Below, in pieces: positions 30,373 to 38,347 of a stretch of 38,347 nt of DNA; position 1 is the first letter of the stretch; every line of letters starts with the position of its first letter. The notes under the pieces were generated by a model. It had not been told where the DNA came from. It saw only the letters and a program-made list of their open reading frames with translations, and made no database searches. Location: the IMG/VR virus record IMGVR_UViG_3300025646_000006; one strand, 5' to 3'. A program made the translations under genes and the position numbers. Source of the stretch: a virus.

Positions 30373-31992
30373 ATGGACGTTTTCAAAACCCTGATTCTGG
30401 ACACGCCGACAGTAGAAGGCGCGACCGGCACAGTCACTAGCGTTGACCTGGCGGCTGGCACAGGCATCAGCGTTAGCGGCGGCCCCATCACAAGCTCGGG
30501 TAGCATTACCGTAACAAATACGTCGCCTGACCAAACGGTTGCGCTGACTGGCGGGACAGGTATTTCGACCTCGGGGACTTACCCGAATTTTACGATTACT
30601 AACGACGCCCCCGACCAGACGGTTAGCATTGCGGCTGGCACAGGAATCTCTACGTCGGGAACGTATCCCAGCTTCACGGTTACAAATTCGGCCCCTGACC
30701 AGACTGTTAGTATAGCCGCTGGAACTGGGATTTCCGTGACTGGAAGTTATCCTAGCTTTACCGTCGCTGCAACTGGCGGTGCTACTGGTGATGTAGTCGG
30801 TCCTGCCTCTGCTACGGATAATGCTGTTGTTCGATTTGATAGCACGACGGGTAAGCTAATTCAGGACTCGGGTGTTAGCATCAGCGATGCGAATCTGCTC
30901 ACGACTACCGCGCTAACGGTTAATGACAACACCACCCTTGGCAGCAGCAATACCGATACCGTTACGTTTAACGCTCGCTGTGCCTCGGAGTTCACCCCTG
31001 CTACGGATAACACTTACGACCTTGGTGGCACAGGACACGAGTGGCGCGACTTGTATATCGACGGCACGGCTAACATTGACTCGCTGGTTGCTGACACGGC
31101 TGACATTAACGGAGGCACGATTGACGGTGCTACGATTGGCGCAAGCACAGCGTCCTCTGGTGCGTTTACGACCGCCTCGGCCAGCACCTCGGTGACGACG
31201 CCGCTTGTGACCAATGCTGGCACGCTCGCGCTGACCGCTACTGGCGCAAACGTTATCGCCGCTTCTACCGATGGCTCCGAACGCATGCGCATCGACAGCG
31301 CAGGCAACGCCCTCGTTGGGACGACGAGTTATTTCTCTGGTGGCTACAACGCCGCTAGAACATACTTAGAAATCAAGGGAAGCACCAGCACCGGAGTTCT
31401 GGGTTTTGCAACTGGTCAAGCTGATGCCGATGGAAACTTGGCTGGCATGACCGAGTTCCATGATTTAAACTCAACCTCTGGCAGCACTCGTGTCGGATAC
31501 ATTGCTACACGACTGCGCGGCACCACGGCAAACAATCGTGGCTCAGGCATTGCGTTTGCAATTAAGACTGACAACTCCGCAACCGTTACTGAACTGCTCC
31601 ATATTGAAAGCACCGGCGTCGGCATTGGCACGTCGAGTCCTGCTCAAGCATTGCACGTTGTAGGCGAAATTATTGCCACAGGCAACATCACAGCTTACTA
31701 CTCCGACGACCGCCTAAAGACCAAGCTCGGTAACATTGAGAACGCTCTCGACAAGGTTTCCAAGCTGAACGGTTTTTACTACGAGGCGAACGAGACTGCT
31801 CAAGCCCTTGGCTACAAGCCGGTGCGCGAGGTTGGTCTGTCCGCGCAGCAAGTCGAAGCGGTCCTTCCAGAGGTCGTTGCCCCAGCCCCCATCGACAACG
31901 AATACAAGACGCTGCATTACGAGCGTGTTATCCCGCTTCTCGTAGAGGCCATCAAAGAACTCAAAGCTGAAATCGAACTCCTGAAGAAGTAA
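30373..31992 (+). CDS. Tail fibre/spike protein with a C-terminal intramolecular chaperone (peptidase S74) domain
   Basis: The C-terminal 96 aa (from 31702) read SDDRLKTKLGNIENALDKVSKLNGFYYEAN...GLSAQQVEAVLPEVV...LHYERVIPLLVEAIKELKAEIELLKK, matching the S74 chaperone signature. The N-terminal region carries 28-aa tandem repeats. Confidence 0.8.
   Translation: MDVFKTLILDTPTVEGATGTVTSVDLAAGTGISVSGGPITSSGSITVTNTSPDQTVALTGGTGISTSGTYPNFTITNDAPDQTVSIAAGTGISTSGTYPSFTVTNSAPDQTVSIAAGTGISVTGSYPSFTVAATGGATGDVVGPASATDNAVVRFDSTTGKLIQDSGVSISDANLLTTTALTVNDNTTLGSSNTDTVTFNARCASEFTPATDNTYDLGGTGHEWRDLYIDGTANIDSLVADTADINGGTIDGATIGASTASSGAFTTASASTSVTTPLVTNAGTLALTATGANVIAASTDGSERMRIDSAGNALVGTTSYFSGGYNAARTYLEIKGSTSTGVLGFATGQADADGNLAGMTEFHDLNSTSGSTRVGYIATRLRGTTANNRGSGIAFAIKTDNSATVTELLHIESTGVGIGTSSPAQALHVVGEIIATGNITAYYSDDRLKTKLGNIENALDKVSKLNGFYYEANETAQALGYKPVREVGLSAQQVEAVLPEVVAPAPIDNEYKTLHYERVIPLLVEAIKELKAEIELLKK
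30442..30765 (+). repeat. About 3.5 tandem copies of an 84-bp (28-aa) repeat inside the tail fibre gene
   Basis: PDQTV(A/S)(L/I)(T/A)(G/A)GTGIS(T/V)(S/T)G(T/S)YP(N/S)FT(I/V)TN.(A/S) occurs at residues 52, 80 and 108, with a degenerate copy before them. Confidence 0.85.
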
Positions 31993-32897
31993 TGGCTCTC
32001 CCGGCGTCAGGCCAGATTAGCATGAGCCAAGTCAATACGGAGCTTGGCCTTTCTGCTACTGCACAAATTTCGCTGAACGATGCAGCGGTGCGAACCCTCG
32101 CAGCCGTCCCATCTGGCGCAATCTCGCTGGATGACTTGCATGGTAAGTCAAATACAACAACTACCACTTTTAACTATACTGGTTCATCTCAAACATGGAC
32201 GGTGCCTGCTGGTAAAACAACAGCAACTTTCAAGTGCTGGGGTGCCGGTGGAGGTGCTGGTATCGGCGTTAATGGAGGTGCTGGTGGTTATGTTGCTACG
32301 ACAGTAAGCGTAACCGCTGGTCAGACTTATACCGTTATCGTCGGTCGAGGAGGTTCTTATTCATATACAGCATATCCCAACGGAGGTGTGCCGTCCGGCA
32401 TTGGCGGAGGTGGTGGTGGTAGAACTTCGGTCAGTGGAACCGCTGTTACAATCATAGCTGGTGGTGGCGGCGGAAGCGGCAATGCTGCAAACACCAATGG
32501 TTACGGCGGTGCCGGTGGTGGTAACGGTTCTGGTGCAGCTGGTGGCGGTGGCGGTGCTGGCGGAGGCGGTGGCACCCAAGCCGGGGGTGGGGCTGGTGGC
32601 ATTGTCCAAGACGGCGGAGGCTATGGCTCTACGAACGGTGGCAGTGGCTCATCCAACCAAGGTGGAGCCGCAGGAACTGGAAGTTATGCCCCCGGAAGCG
32701 GTGGCGATGGTTATTACGGTGGTGGTGGTGGTGCTGGTTGCGGCTCTGCTGCACCATTCGGTGCTGGTGGCGGTGGTGGCGGGTCTGGATATATCAGCGC
32801 AGGAACATCACAAGTCAGCACCCAAGGTGGCGGTAGCGCAGGAGGCGCAGCAAACTTTGGTGCTGGCGGCGACGGCAAGGTAGAAATTGTTTGTTAA
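31992..32897 (+). CDS. Glycine-rich fibre-like protein
   Basis: TAATG overlap with the fibre gene. FNYTGSSQTWTVPAGKTTATFKCWGAGGGAG is followed by long GGxGG tracts, the pattern of phage glycine-rich domain proteins (from memory). Confidence 0.55.
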   Translation: MALPASGQISMSQVNTELGLSATAQISLNDAAVRTLAAVPSGAISLDDLHGKSNTTTTTFNYTGSSQTWTVPAGKTTATFKCWGAGGGAGIGVNGGAGGYVATTVSVTAGQTYTVIVGRGGSYSYTAYPNGGVPSGIGGGGGGRTSVSGTAVTIIAGGGGGSGNAANTNGYGGAGGGNGSGAAGGGGGAGGGGGTQAGGGAGGIVQDGGGYGSTNGGSGSSNQGGAAGTGSYAPGSGGDGYYGGGGGAGCGSAAPFGAGGGGGGSGYISAGTSQVSTQGGGSAGGAANFGAGGDGKVEIVC

Positions 32898-32912
32898 CAA
32901 TTCAGACAAATA

Positions 32913-33452
32913 ATGCCTATCCCGCCTGACGTTAACTGGATTTCTTACTACGGGGATAACCCCGATACGGACGGCTTTGAGAACCCGCCTTACCCCAAGG
33001 CGTATGACGACATCATTAAGTTTTATCACTGCACTAACGCGCAGCTAAAAGGTAAGACCGTTGATGCCGGGACAGAGAATAACGTAGATGCCACGGGCTG
33101 CACGAACATTGAGTTCTCGGATTGCAGGTTCATCGGCCAAGCTGGAATCTCGGCGTTCACAATTAAGGGCAAGACTGACGGCTGGCGCATCGTAAGTTGC
33201 ATGATTAGCCACGGGCGCGAGACTGACGTTGAGCTAGGTCAGTTTGATAACTCGTGGTATTGGGGCCGTCCCCCGACGCGCAACGGGCTGATTTGGAGCT
33301 GCGAGTCCAATGATGGCGGGCCTATCAAGGTCACTTGTTGGGACGCTGTTCCCCCGGAGGTCGTTGACAGTAACGTCAAGATTGTCCGCGTCCCTAAGTT
33401 TATCTGGCTCCCTTACTTTTGCTGGCGTTGGATTCGTCATCACTGGTTTTGA
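32913..33452 (+). CDS. Hypothetical Cys/Trp-rich protein (179 aa)
   Basis: ATG ORF. The middle part could be a short beta-helix. Aromatic C-terminal tail FIWLPYFCWRWIRHHWF. It lies immediately upstream of the holin-like genes. Confidence 0.4.
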   Translation: MPIPPDVNWISYYGDNPDTDGFENPPYPKAYDDIIKFYHCTNAQLKGKTVDAGTENNVDATGCTNIEFSDCRFIGQAGISAFTIKGKTDGWRIVSCMISHGRETDVELGQFDNSWYWGRPPTRNGLIWSCESNDGGPIKVTCWDAVPPEVVDSNVKIVRVPKFIWLPYFCWRWIRHHWF

Positions 33453-33470
33453 TTCGTGCTAGTATAAGCT

Positions 33471-33914
33471 ATGTTTAGTTTTCTTTCTAGTGCAGTCGGT
33501 GGCTCCATCTTGGGCGGCGTCCTTTCTTTGGTTCAAAAGATTGTGGACGTTAAGTCTAAAGCGATGGAAACCGAGCTTGAGATTAAGAAAATGGAGGCCA
33601 TGTCCCGGCTGAAGATTACTGAGGCCGAGTTCAAGTCCTTCGATACCAGCCTCAAGAGCGATAACGAAGCCGTCCAGATTCCTGCAAATGCCCCTATTTG
33701 GGTCATTTCTACCCGTATTCTGGTGGACGCCTTTCGTGCTTTTACCCGCCCCGGCCTGACTTGGGCGATGGTCTTGTCGCTGATTATGTTCATCGTGGCA
33801 GGGTTCGTCGGTGAGGCAGCGGTTGCCGCTATCTTGGCTGACTTCGTTTTTGCTACTTCAACAGCCGTCATGTGGTGGTTCGGTTCGCGGCCACTACAAC
33901 GCACAGCCAAATGA
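33471..33914 (+). CDS. Putative holin / membrane protein (about 3 TM segments)
   Basis: Hydrophobic N-terminal helix, then a charged helix, then two C-terminal hydrophobic segments (GLTWAMVLSLIMFIVAGFVG, AAILADFVFATSTAVMWWFG). Confidence 0.4.
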   Translation: MFSFLSSAVGGSILGGVLSLVQKIVDVKSKAMETELEIKKMEAMSRLKITEAEFKSFDTSLKSDNEAVQIPANAPIWVISTRILVDAFRAFTRPGLTWAMVLSLIMFIVAGFVGEAAVAAILADFVFATSTAVMWWFGSRPLQRTAK

Positions 33915-34135
33915 ACGATAACCTCCAGCCCATGAAAATGATTAGCCTTAACGCTATTAGCTGGGTGTCCACCGTTGCTACGCTTCAGATGGCGACTGAC
34001 GTTTTGCAGGTTCTTGCCATGGCCGGCTCGGTTATTGTTAGCTCCCTTTCCGCTTGGTGGATTATCAAGCAAGCTAAGAACCTTGACCGTATTAACCGGG
34101 AGGCGGAACAGAACCGCCTCAAAGACGCAGAATAA
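33911..34135 (+). CDS. Small membrane protein (74 aa), possible second lysis component
   Basis: The ATG overlaps the upstream stop (ATGA). Two hydrophobic segments and a charged C-terminus. The track start at 33872 lies inside the upstream gene. Confidence 0.4.
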   Translation: MNDNLQPMKMISLNAISWVSTVATLQMATDVLQVLAMAGSVIVSSLSAWWIIKQAKNLDRINREAEQNRLKDAE

Positions 34136-34170
34136 GCCACTTTACGGGCTTTTAACCCTTTACACCTACC

Positions 34171-34419
34171 ATGGCCCTCAATCCCCGCAATCTGCCCTGT
34201 AATAGCCCTAGACGCGACGTTAAGGGCGGGAAGAAGTTCGTAGTCAAAGCCTGTCAGGGCGGCAAAGAAAAGGTCGTCCGATTCGGGGACGCGAACATGA
34301 CCATCAAGAAAAACCAGCCTGCGCGGAAGAAAAGCTACTGCGCTCGGTCTGGTGGAATCAAGGGCAAGGAGAACAAACTTTCTGCAAACTATTGGAGCCG
34401 AAGGGCTTGGAACTGTTAA
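34171..34419 (+). CDS. Small basic protein 1 (82 aa)
   Basis: Lys/Arg-rich with four Cys (CNSP...C...C...C-terminal C) and an ANYWSRRAW motif. Confidence 0.5.
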   Translation: MALNPRNLPCNSPRRDVKGGKKFVVKACQGGKEKVVRFGDANMTIKKNQPARKKSYCARSGGIKGKENKLSANYWSRRAWNC

Positions 34420-34438
34420 GCATTAACCATTAACTACT

Positions 34439-34549
34439 ATGAGCAAATCAGGTGAACGATACAAGTCGCGTAAGCAACGGATGAAGCACGAGAAGTCCGA
34501 GGGTAAGCGCGAGCGCATGATGGAATACGGCAAGCGGAAGAAGTGCTGA
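34439..34549 (+). CDS. Unlisted small basic protein 2 (36 aa)
   Basis: My translation: MSKSGERYKSRKQRMKHEKSEGKREREMMEYGKRKKC. The stop overlaps the next ATG (TGATG). Confidence 0.35.
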   Translation: MSKSGERYKSRKQRMKHEKSEGKRERMMEYGKRKKC

Positions 34550-34731
34550 TGAAGCGTTCTACGGTTAACTCTGCCGGGGTTTACACTAAGCCTACTATGC
34601 GTAAGCGGCTCTTTGAGTCGATTAAGGCCGGTGGCAAGGGTGGCAAGCCGGGGCAGTGGTCTGCTCGTAAAGCGCAGATGCTTGCTAAGAAATACAAGGA
34701 AAAGGGCGGCGGTTATAAAACGGCCCGATGA
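34549..34731 (+). CDS. Small basic protein 3 (60 aa)
   Basis: GGKGGKPGQWSARKAQMLAKKYKEKGGGY. The ATG at 34549 is preferred over the GTG track start at 34543. Confidence 0.5.
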   Translation: MKRSTVNSAGVYTKPTMRKRLFESIKAGGKGGKPGQWSARKAQMLAKKYKEKGGGYKTAR

Positions 34732-34961
34732 AACCGCAGCAAAAGAGCCTTGTGAACTGGACGCGCCAGAAATGGCGCACTAGCTCTGGTAAGCCTAGCC
34801 TAAAGACCGGCGAGCGATACTTGCCCGATGCGGCATGGAAAGCCCTTAGCCCGTCTGAGAAAGCTGCTACAAATCGGGCCAAGCGCGAGGGGATGAAGAA
34901 AGGCAAGCAGTTCGTTAAGCAGCCTAAGTCCATCGCTAAGAAAACCTCAAGATACCGCTAA
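34728..34961 (+). CDS. Small basic protein 4 (77 aa)
   Basis: ATGA overlap with protein 3. Lys/Arg-rich, with WTRQKWRT...GERYLPDAAWKALS. Confidence 0.5.
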   Translation: MKPQQKSLVNWTRQKWRTSSGKPSLKTGERYLPDAAWKALSPSEKAATNRAKREGMKKGKQFVKQPKSIAKKTSRYR

Positions 34962-34962
34962 T

Positions 34963-35106
34963 ATGCCACTGACCAAAAAAGGCCGTAAGATTAAGGCCGC
35001 GATGCAAGCCGAGTATGGCAAGAAGCGTGGCGAGCAAGTCTTTTACGCCAGCCGTAACAAAGGCATCATCAAGGGTGTTGACGTTAAACGCCGCAAGGTG
35101 AAGTAA
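34963..35106 (+). CDS. Unlisted small basic protein 5 (47 aa)
   Basis: My translation: MPLTKKGRKIKAAMQAEYGKKRGEQVFYASRNKGIIKGVDVKRRKVK. It starts 2 nt after the previous stop. Confidence 0.4.
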   Translation: MPLTKKGRKIKAAMQAEYGKKRGEQVFYASRNKGIIKGVDVKRRKVK

Positions 35107-35128
35107 CAACATAAGCTATACTAGGTAA

Positions 35129-37306
35129 ATGCCACGGTATAGCAATTACGGCTCCCTTGATAACCTGATGGTTGATGAGGGCGATGTCGCGTTCACTAGA
35201 GTTAACGCACGCCTTCGCCCAGACCAGCTTCAACCTTCAGAGATTGCCATGTCGTCTAACGGACGCATGGATATTAACGGGGCGTGGCAGACCCGCAAGG
35301 GCCACCAGAACCTAGGCTCCTCGCTGGCTACGGATGAAGCGTCTTTGACGCTGCCGTTTTACGTTTACGCTAACACAACGTCTAGCGGCTCCAGCCGAAG
35401 CGGAGACACAATTACGATTACGTTCTCCTCGGCGCACCCATTCATTGACCAGACACTCGGCTACGTCTCTGGTATTACAGGACTTACACCTGACCCTAAT
35501 GGCAACCGACTTATCACTGTCGTTGATTCTGTTACAATCCAAATTACTGTCTCGGGCCTCTCGGGAACCATCGGCGGAACCGCAGTCGTCGGCGCACCTA
35601 TCCTTAATGATAACGTCATTAACGCGGTTTACGGCTCGTGCTTGTTCTCTGACCCGGCTTCCCAAAACGAGGAATACATCGTAATTGCTACGAACAGTAT
35701 TGCGTATGCGGTAAACCTGAGAACCGGCGTATCTACTCCAATCGAATACCCGGCTGGTGAGTCGCTGGAAGCTGATGTTAATATGGTTCAGGCGTTTAAT
35801 TACGTCTTCATTTTCCGAGATGGTCTGACAGCCTTGGAGTGGGATGGAGACTTTACTGGAACCCCGGCTTTCCAGCTGGTCGCAAATGGCGACTACACCC
35901 AGCCGGTTTACCTTGATAACTCAAATAACACAAACTGCGTGGACGGCGAGGTGACGGTCACTCATTTAGCGGGTCACGGATTAGTGGTTGGCGATGTAAT
36001 TTACGTTGTTGATAAAGACGGCACAGACCTGACCGAGAAGACGAAAGGTTACTCAATCGCAACAGTCTCTGACCCATATACGTTTACGTTTTACGCTGAC
36101 GTTCACGACCACAGTAACGGCAGCGTTGTTTACGTTAAGAAGCTATCCGTTGGTGCTGGCTTTAGCCATATGCCTGCCCCGCCTTGGGCGGTTTACCACC
36201 AGCGTCGTCTTTGGATGCCGTTCCTTTACACGACGACCGGCAGCTCTGGCTCGCCTACGATTACTAGCCGCGACGTATCGGACGAAATCATTGCGTCTGA
36301 CGTTCTCGACCAAGACACTTACGACCAGATTTACGCTAATTACCGCATCGCTTCAGGTGGCGCGGATTACGTCGTAGCCCTTCAGCCGTTCACCGAGGAC
36401 AACCTCGTGGTGTTTAACCGTAACACGATTCACCTTGTGCGTGGTGTAAGCGGTGCCTTGGAGTCCACTACGGTCCAAGAGGTTACCCGCGAAGTGGGCT
36501 GTCTGGCTCGTCGCTCGGTGGTTCAGGTCGGCAACCAGATTCTTTTCCTCTCGGATAACGGCGTTTATGCCATGACCTTCGAGGACTTGTATAACCTGCG
36601 CGGTGCCACAATTCCCCTTTCCGAGCCGATTAACCCCCTTATCAAGCGGATTAACAAGGATTACGCGAAGAACTGCGTAGCCATTTACCACGATAACCGT
36701 TATTACATCGCCGTCCCCCTCGACAAATCGACCGAGAATAATGCCATCTTGGTTTACAACTTCCTGAACCAAGGCTGGGAATCCTTGGATACCGTTGACG
36801 CTCCCGGCTGGAACATCCGTAACCTTATCCGCGCTGGCGCAGGCTCTCTGAACAAGCTGTATGCCGTGAATTCTTTCGGCGGCATCCATATCCTTGAGGA
36901 CCGTGTGGATAATAACGACCGTCTCATTACCCAGATTGGGCAGGCTGCTACGACTTACCAGATTCAGTCTTACATGACCACGCGGCAATACACCGCTGGG
37001 ACAATGGACCGAAAGCGATATAACTCCTTCGAGCTTCAGGCCGAAAGCTCTGAGAGTAACGACTCTGACATTGACATTTCTTTTGAGTCAGAGAACCCAG
37101 ACTCGCTTAACCCGCTTGATTCGCTTTCTGACCTTCTAGTTGGTAATTTGAAGAGCGGCGAGGACGCCTCTGTTCGTGGCCGCATCGGTAACATCCGTGG
37201 ATACGGTGGCCAGTTCACGCTTACACCAACACTTGGCCGTCCCAAGATTCGGGCGGTCAAAGTAACCTCTCAACTTACTGACCTTAACATTAGCTCTAAG
37301 CAATAA
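35129..37306 (+). CDS. Large tail structural protein (725 aa; nozzle / tail-tube-B-like by size and position)
   Basis: Beta-rich with an acidic Ser/Asp C-terminal segment. It lies between the basic-protein cluster and the second fibre gene. No motif recognised. Confidence 0.45.
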   Translation: MPRYSNYGSLDNLMVDEGDVAFTRVNARLRPDQLQPSEIAMSSNGRMDINGAWQTRKGHQNLGSSLATDEASLTLPFYVYANTTSSGSSRSGDTITITFSSAHPFIDQTLGYVSGITGLTPDPNGNRLITVVDSVTIQITVSGLSGTIGGTAVVGAPILNDNVINAVYGSCLFSDPASQNEEYIVIATNSIAYAVNLRTGVSTPIEYPAGESLEADVNMVQAFNYVFIFRDGLTALEWDGDFTGTPAFQLVANGDYTQPVYLDNSNNTNCVDGEVTVTHLAGHGLVVGDVIYVVDKDGTDLTEKTKGYSIATVSDPYTFTFYADVHDHSNGSVVYVKKLSVGAGFSHMPAPPWAVYHQRRLWMPFLYTTTGSSGSPTITSRDVSDEIIASDVLDQDTYDQIYANYRIASGGADYVVALQPFTEDNLVVFNRNTIHLVRGVSGALESTTVQEVTREVGCLARRSVVQVGNQILFLSDNGVYAMTFEDLYNLRGATIPLSEPINPLIKRINKDYAKNCVAIYHDNRYYIAVPLDKSTENNAILVYNFLNQGWESLDTVDAPGWNIRNLIRAGAGSLNKLYAVNSFGGIHILEDRVDNNDRLITQIGQAATTYQIQSYMTTRQYTAGTMDRKRYNSFELQAESSESNDSDIDISFESENPDSLNPLDSLSDLLVGNLKSGEDASVRGRIGNIRGYGGQFTLTPTLGRPKIRAVKVTSQLTDLNISSKQ

Positions 37307-37328
37307 ACCCTCGTGGTAGAATACTGAT

Positions 37329-37976
37329 ATGGCTATCCTCAGCACAGGTAACACTTACGTCACGAACGACCAAGTAACCGCAGCGAATCTTAACGCCGCT
37401 ATTAACAGCGCGACGTTTGCTTCGGGTGCCGTGGATAATGCAACGACTCAGCTTTCGGGTGGCGCGGTAATTGTTAAGGACGGAGGCATTACGGCCTCCA
37501 AGCTAACGACTGGCTCTAACGGCCAGTTGTTCATCGGTAACGGCACAGGCTTTACCAAGGCCACGCTTACCGCTGGCTCTAACGTCACGATTACTAACGG
37601 TGCCGGTAGCATTACGATTTCGGCTTCCGCTGGCGGTGGCGGCACAATCGGTGGTTCGACTGGCCCCACGGATAACGCCATACTTAGGGCAGACGGAACT
37701 GGCGGCTCTACGATTCAGGGCGGACCAATGATATGCACGGATGCTGGTGTGCTCACGGGGCTTACTGTCGTTGACACACTGACTGCATTTAAGGTAAACA
37801 ATACACAGGTTGTCGGTGCTCAGGGCGCGGCTGTTAGCGACATCTCTACGTCTTACAATTTTGTTGGCTTTGACAACATTGACGTTGGCGAGGTTACAAC
37901 CCAAATGACCGACCTGAAGGACAAGGTTAACACAATCCTTGCACGGCTTCGCGCTCATGGTCTTATTGACACTTAA
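37329..37976 (+). CDS. Second tail fibre-like protein (215 aa)
   Basis: LTAGSNVTITNGAGSITISAS and GGITASKLTTGSNGQL resemble the repeat motif of the 539-aa fibre (AAGTGISVSGGPITSSGSITVTN). Confidence 0.5.
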   Translation: MAILSTGNTYVTNDQVTAANLNAAINSATFASGAVDNATTQLSGGAVIVKDGGITASKLTTGSNGQLFIGNGTGFTKATLTAGSNVTITNGAGSITISASAGGGGTIGGSTGPTDNAILRADGTGGSTIQGGPMICTDAGVLTGLTVVDTLTAFKVNNTQVVGAQGAAVSDISTSYNFVGFDNIDVGEVTTQMTDLKDKVNTILARLRAHGLIDT

Positions 37977-38305
37977 TGTCAGCAATCTCCGAAGCTCTTA
38001 ACATCTATGGTCCAGATTTCCCACGAGTTCACGGTCTTTATCTGGAGCATGGTTATTGTTACTCAGAGCCATCCATGCTCGCCTTGGCTCGGCCTTGTGA
38101 CTCAAGCGATTACAAACGCTGGGTCAGTCCTCACGAAGCTGATGCGTGGTGGGTGGAAATGGTTGTCGGGGAAAACGCTCTTTCGATTCTTTATTCTCAC
38201 ATCCCCTTCCCCCTTAAACAAATAGGATGGGCAAGGGAATTCAAAGGCAGACCGCAGCCTAGATTTTATAATTACTACAAGCTAAAACACTTACTGAAGG
38301 TTTAA
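37976..38305 (+). CDS. Hypothetical protein (109 aa) spanning into the terminal overlap
   Basis: TAATG overlap with the fibre-like gene. The 3' end lies in the 127-bp repeat. Confidence 0.45.
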   Translation: MSAISEALNIYGPDFPRVHGLYLEHGYCYSEPSMLALARPCDSSDYKRWVSPHEADAWWVEMVVGENALSILYSHIPFPLKQIGWAREFKGRPQPRFYNYYKLKHLLKV

Positions 38306-38347
38306 CATGGGTTCTAAAGTTTCAATGCCAACGCCGCCCCCGGCACC
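38221..38347. repeat. Second copy of the 127-bp terminal overlap (identical to 1..127)
   Basis: Read directly. Confidence 0.95.

Noticed and set aside
1-38347. Prophage or temperate lifestyle, transposons or IS elements
   Set aside because: No integrase, recombinase, transposase, attachment-site repeats or CI-like repressor could be recognised in any frame. The contig closes on itself without host flanks.

Overview
This window is a complete tailed-phage genome. Bases 1-127 recur exactly at 38221-38347, so the unique length is 38,220 bp and the contig closes on itself (circular or circularly permuted; 127 nt is also a common assembler k-mer). Genes form two convergent arms. The minus-strand early/replication arm runs from about 18.7 kb down to 6.3 kb. 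It carries a DnaB-type helicase, a PD-(D/E)xK nuclease, endonuclease VII, a putative SSB, a metallophosphoesterase, an HNH endonuclease, two cytosine-methyltransferase-like genes, many small ORFs and one tRNA-Thr. The plus-strand late arm runs from 19.6 kb through the contig junction to 6.3 kb. It carries small and large terminase, portal, a T4-type lysozyme, scaffold, major capsid protein, a tail fibre with a C-terminal S74 chaperone domain, a Gly-rich fibre-like protein, holin-like membrane proteins, five tiny basic proteins and three large virion-internal proteins. I recognise no DNA polymerase, primase, RNA polymerase, integrase or repressor. Most genes lack a clear Shine-Dalgarno and have A/C-rich leaders, and ATGA and GTGA stop/start overlaps are frequent. 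The ORF track uses GTG and TTG as starts, so several starts were re-set. The points most worth follow-up are these. (1) The C5-methyltransferase locus is fully open in two same-strand frames whose ATGs lie 4 nt apart, and both translations look protein-like. (2) A 470-nt ORF-poor region (13865-14333) holds a promoter-to-terminator small-RNA unit, several GNRA-capped hairpins, and a GC hairpin that abuts the endonuclease VII start codon. (3) A hidden GTG-initiated Gly/Tyr-repeat peptide lies on a hexanucleotide repeat. (4) Three 15-bp palindromic operator-like sites sit in the divergent control region. All functional calls come from motif recognition by eye; no database search was run.
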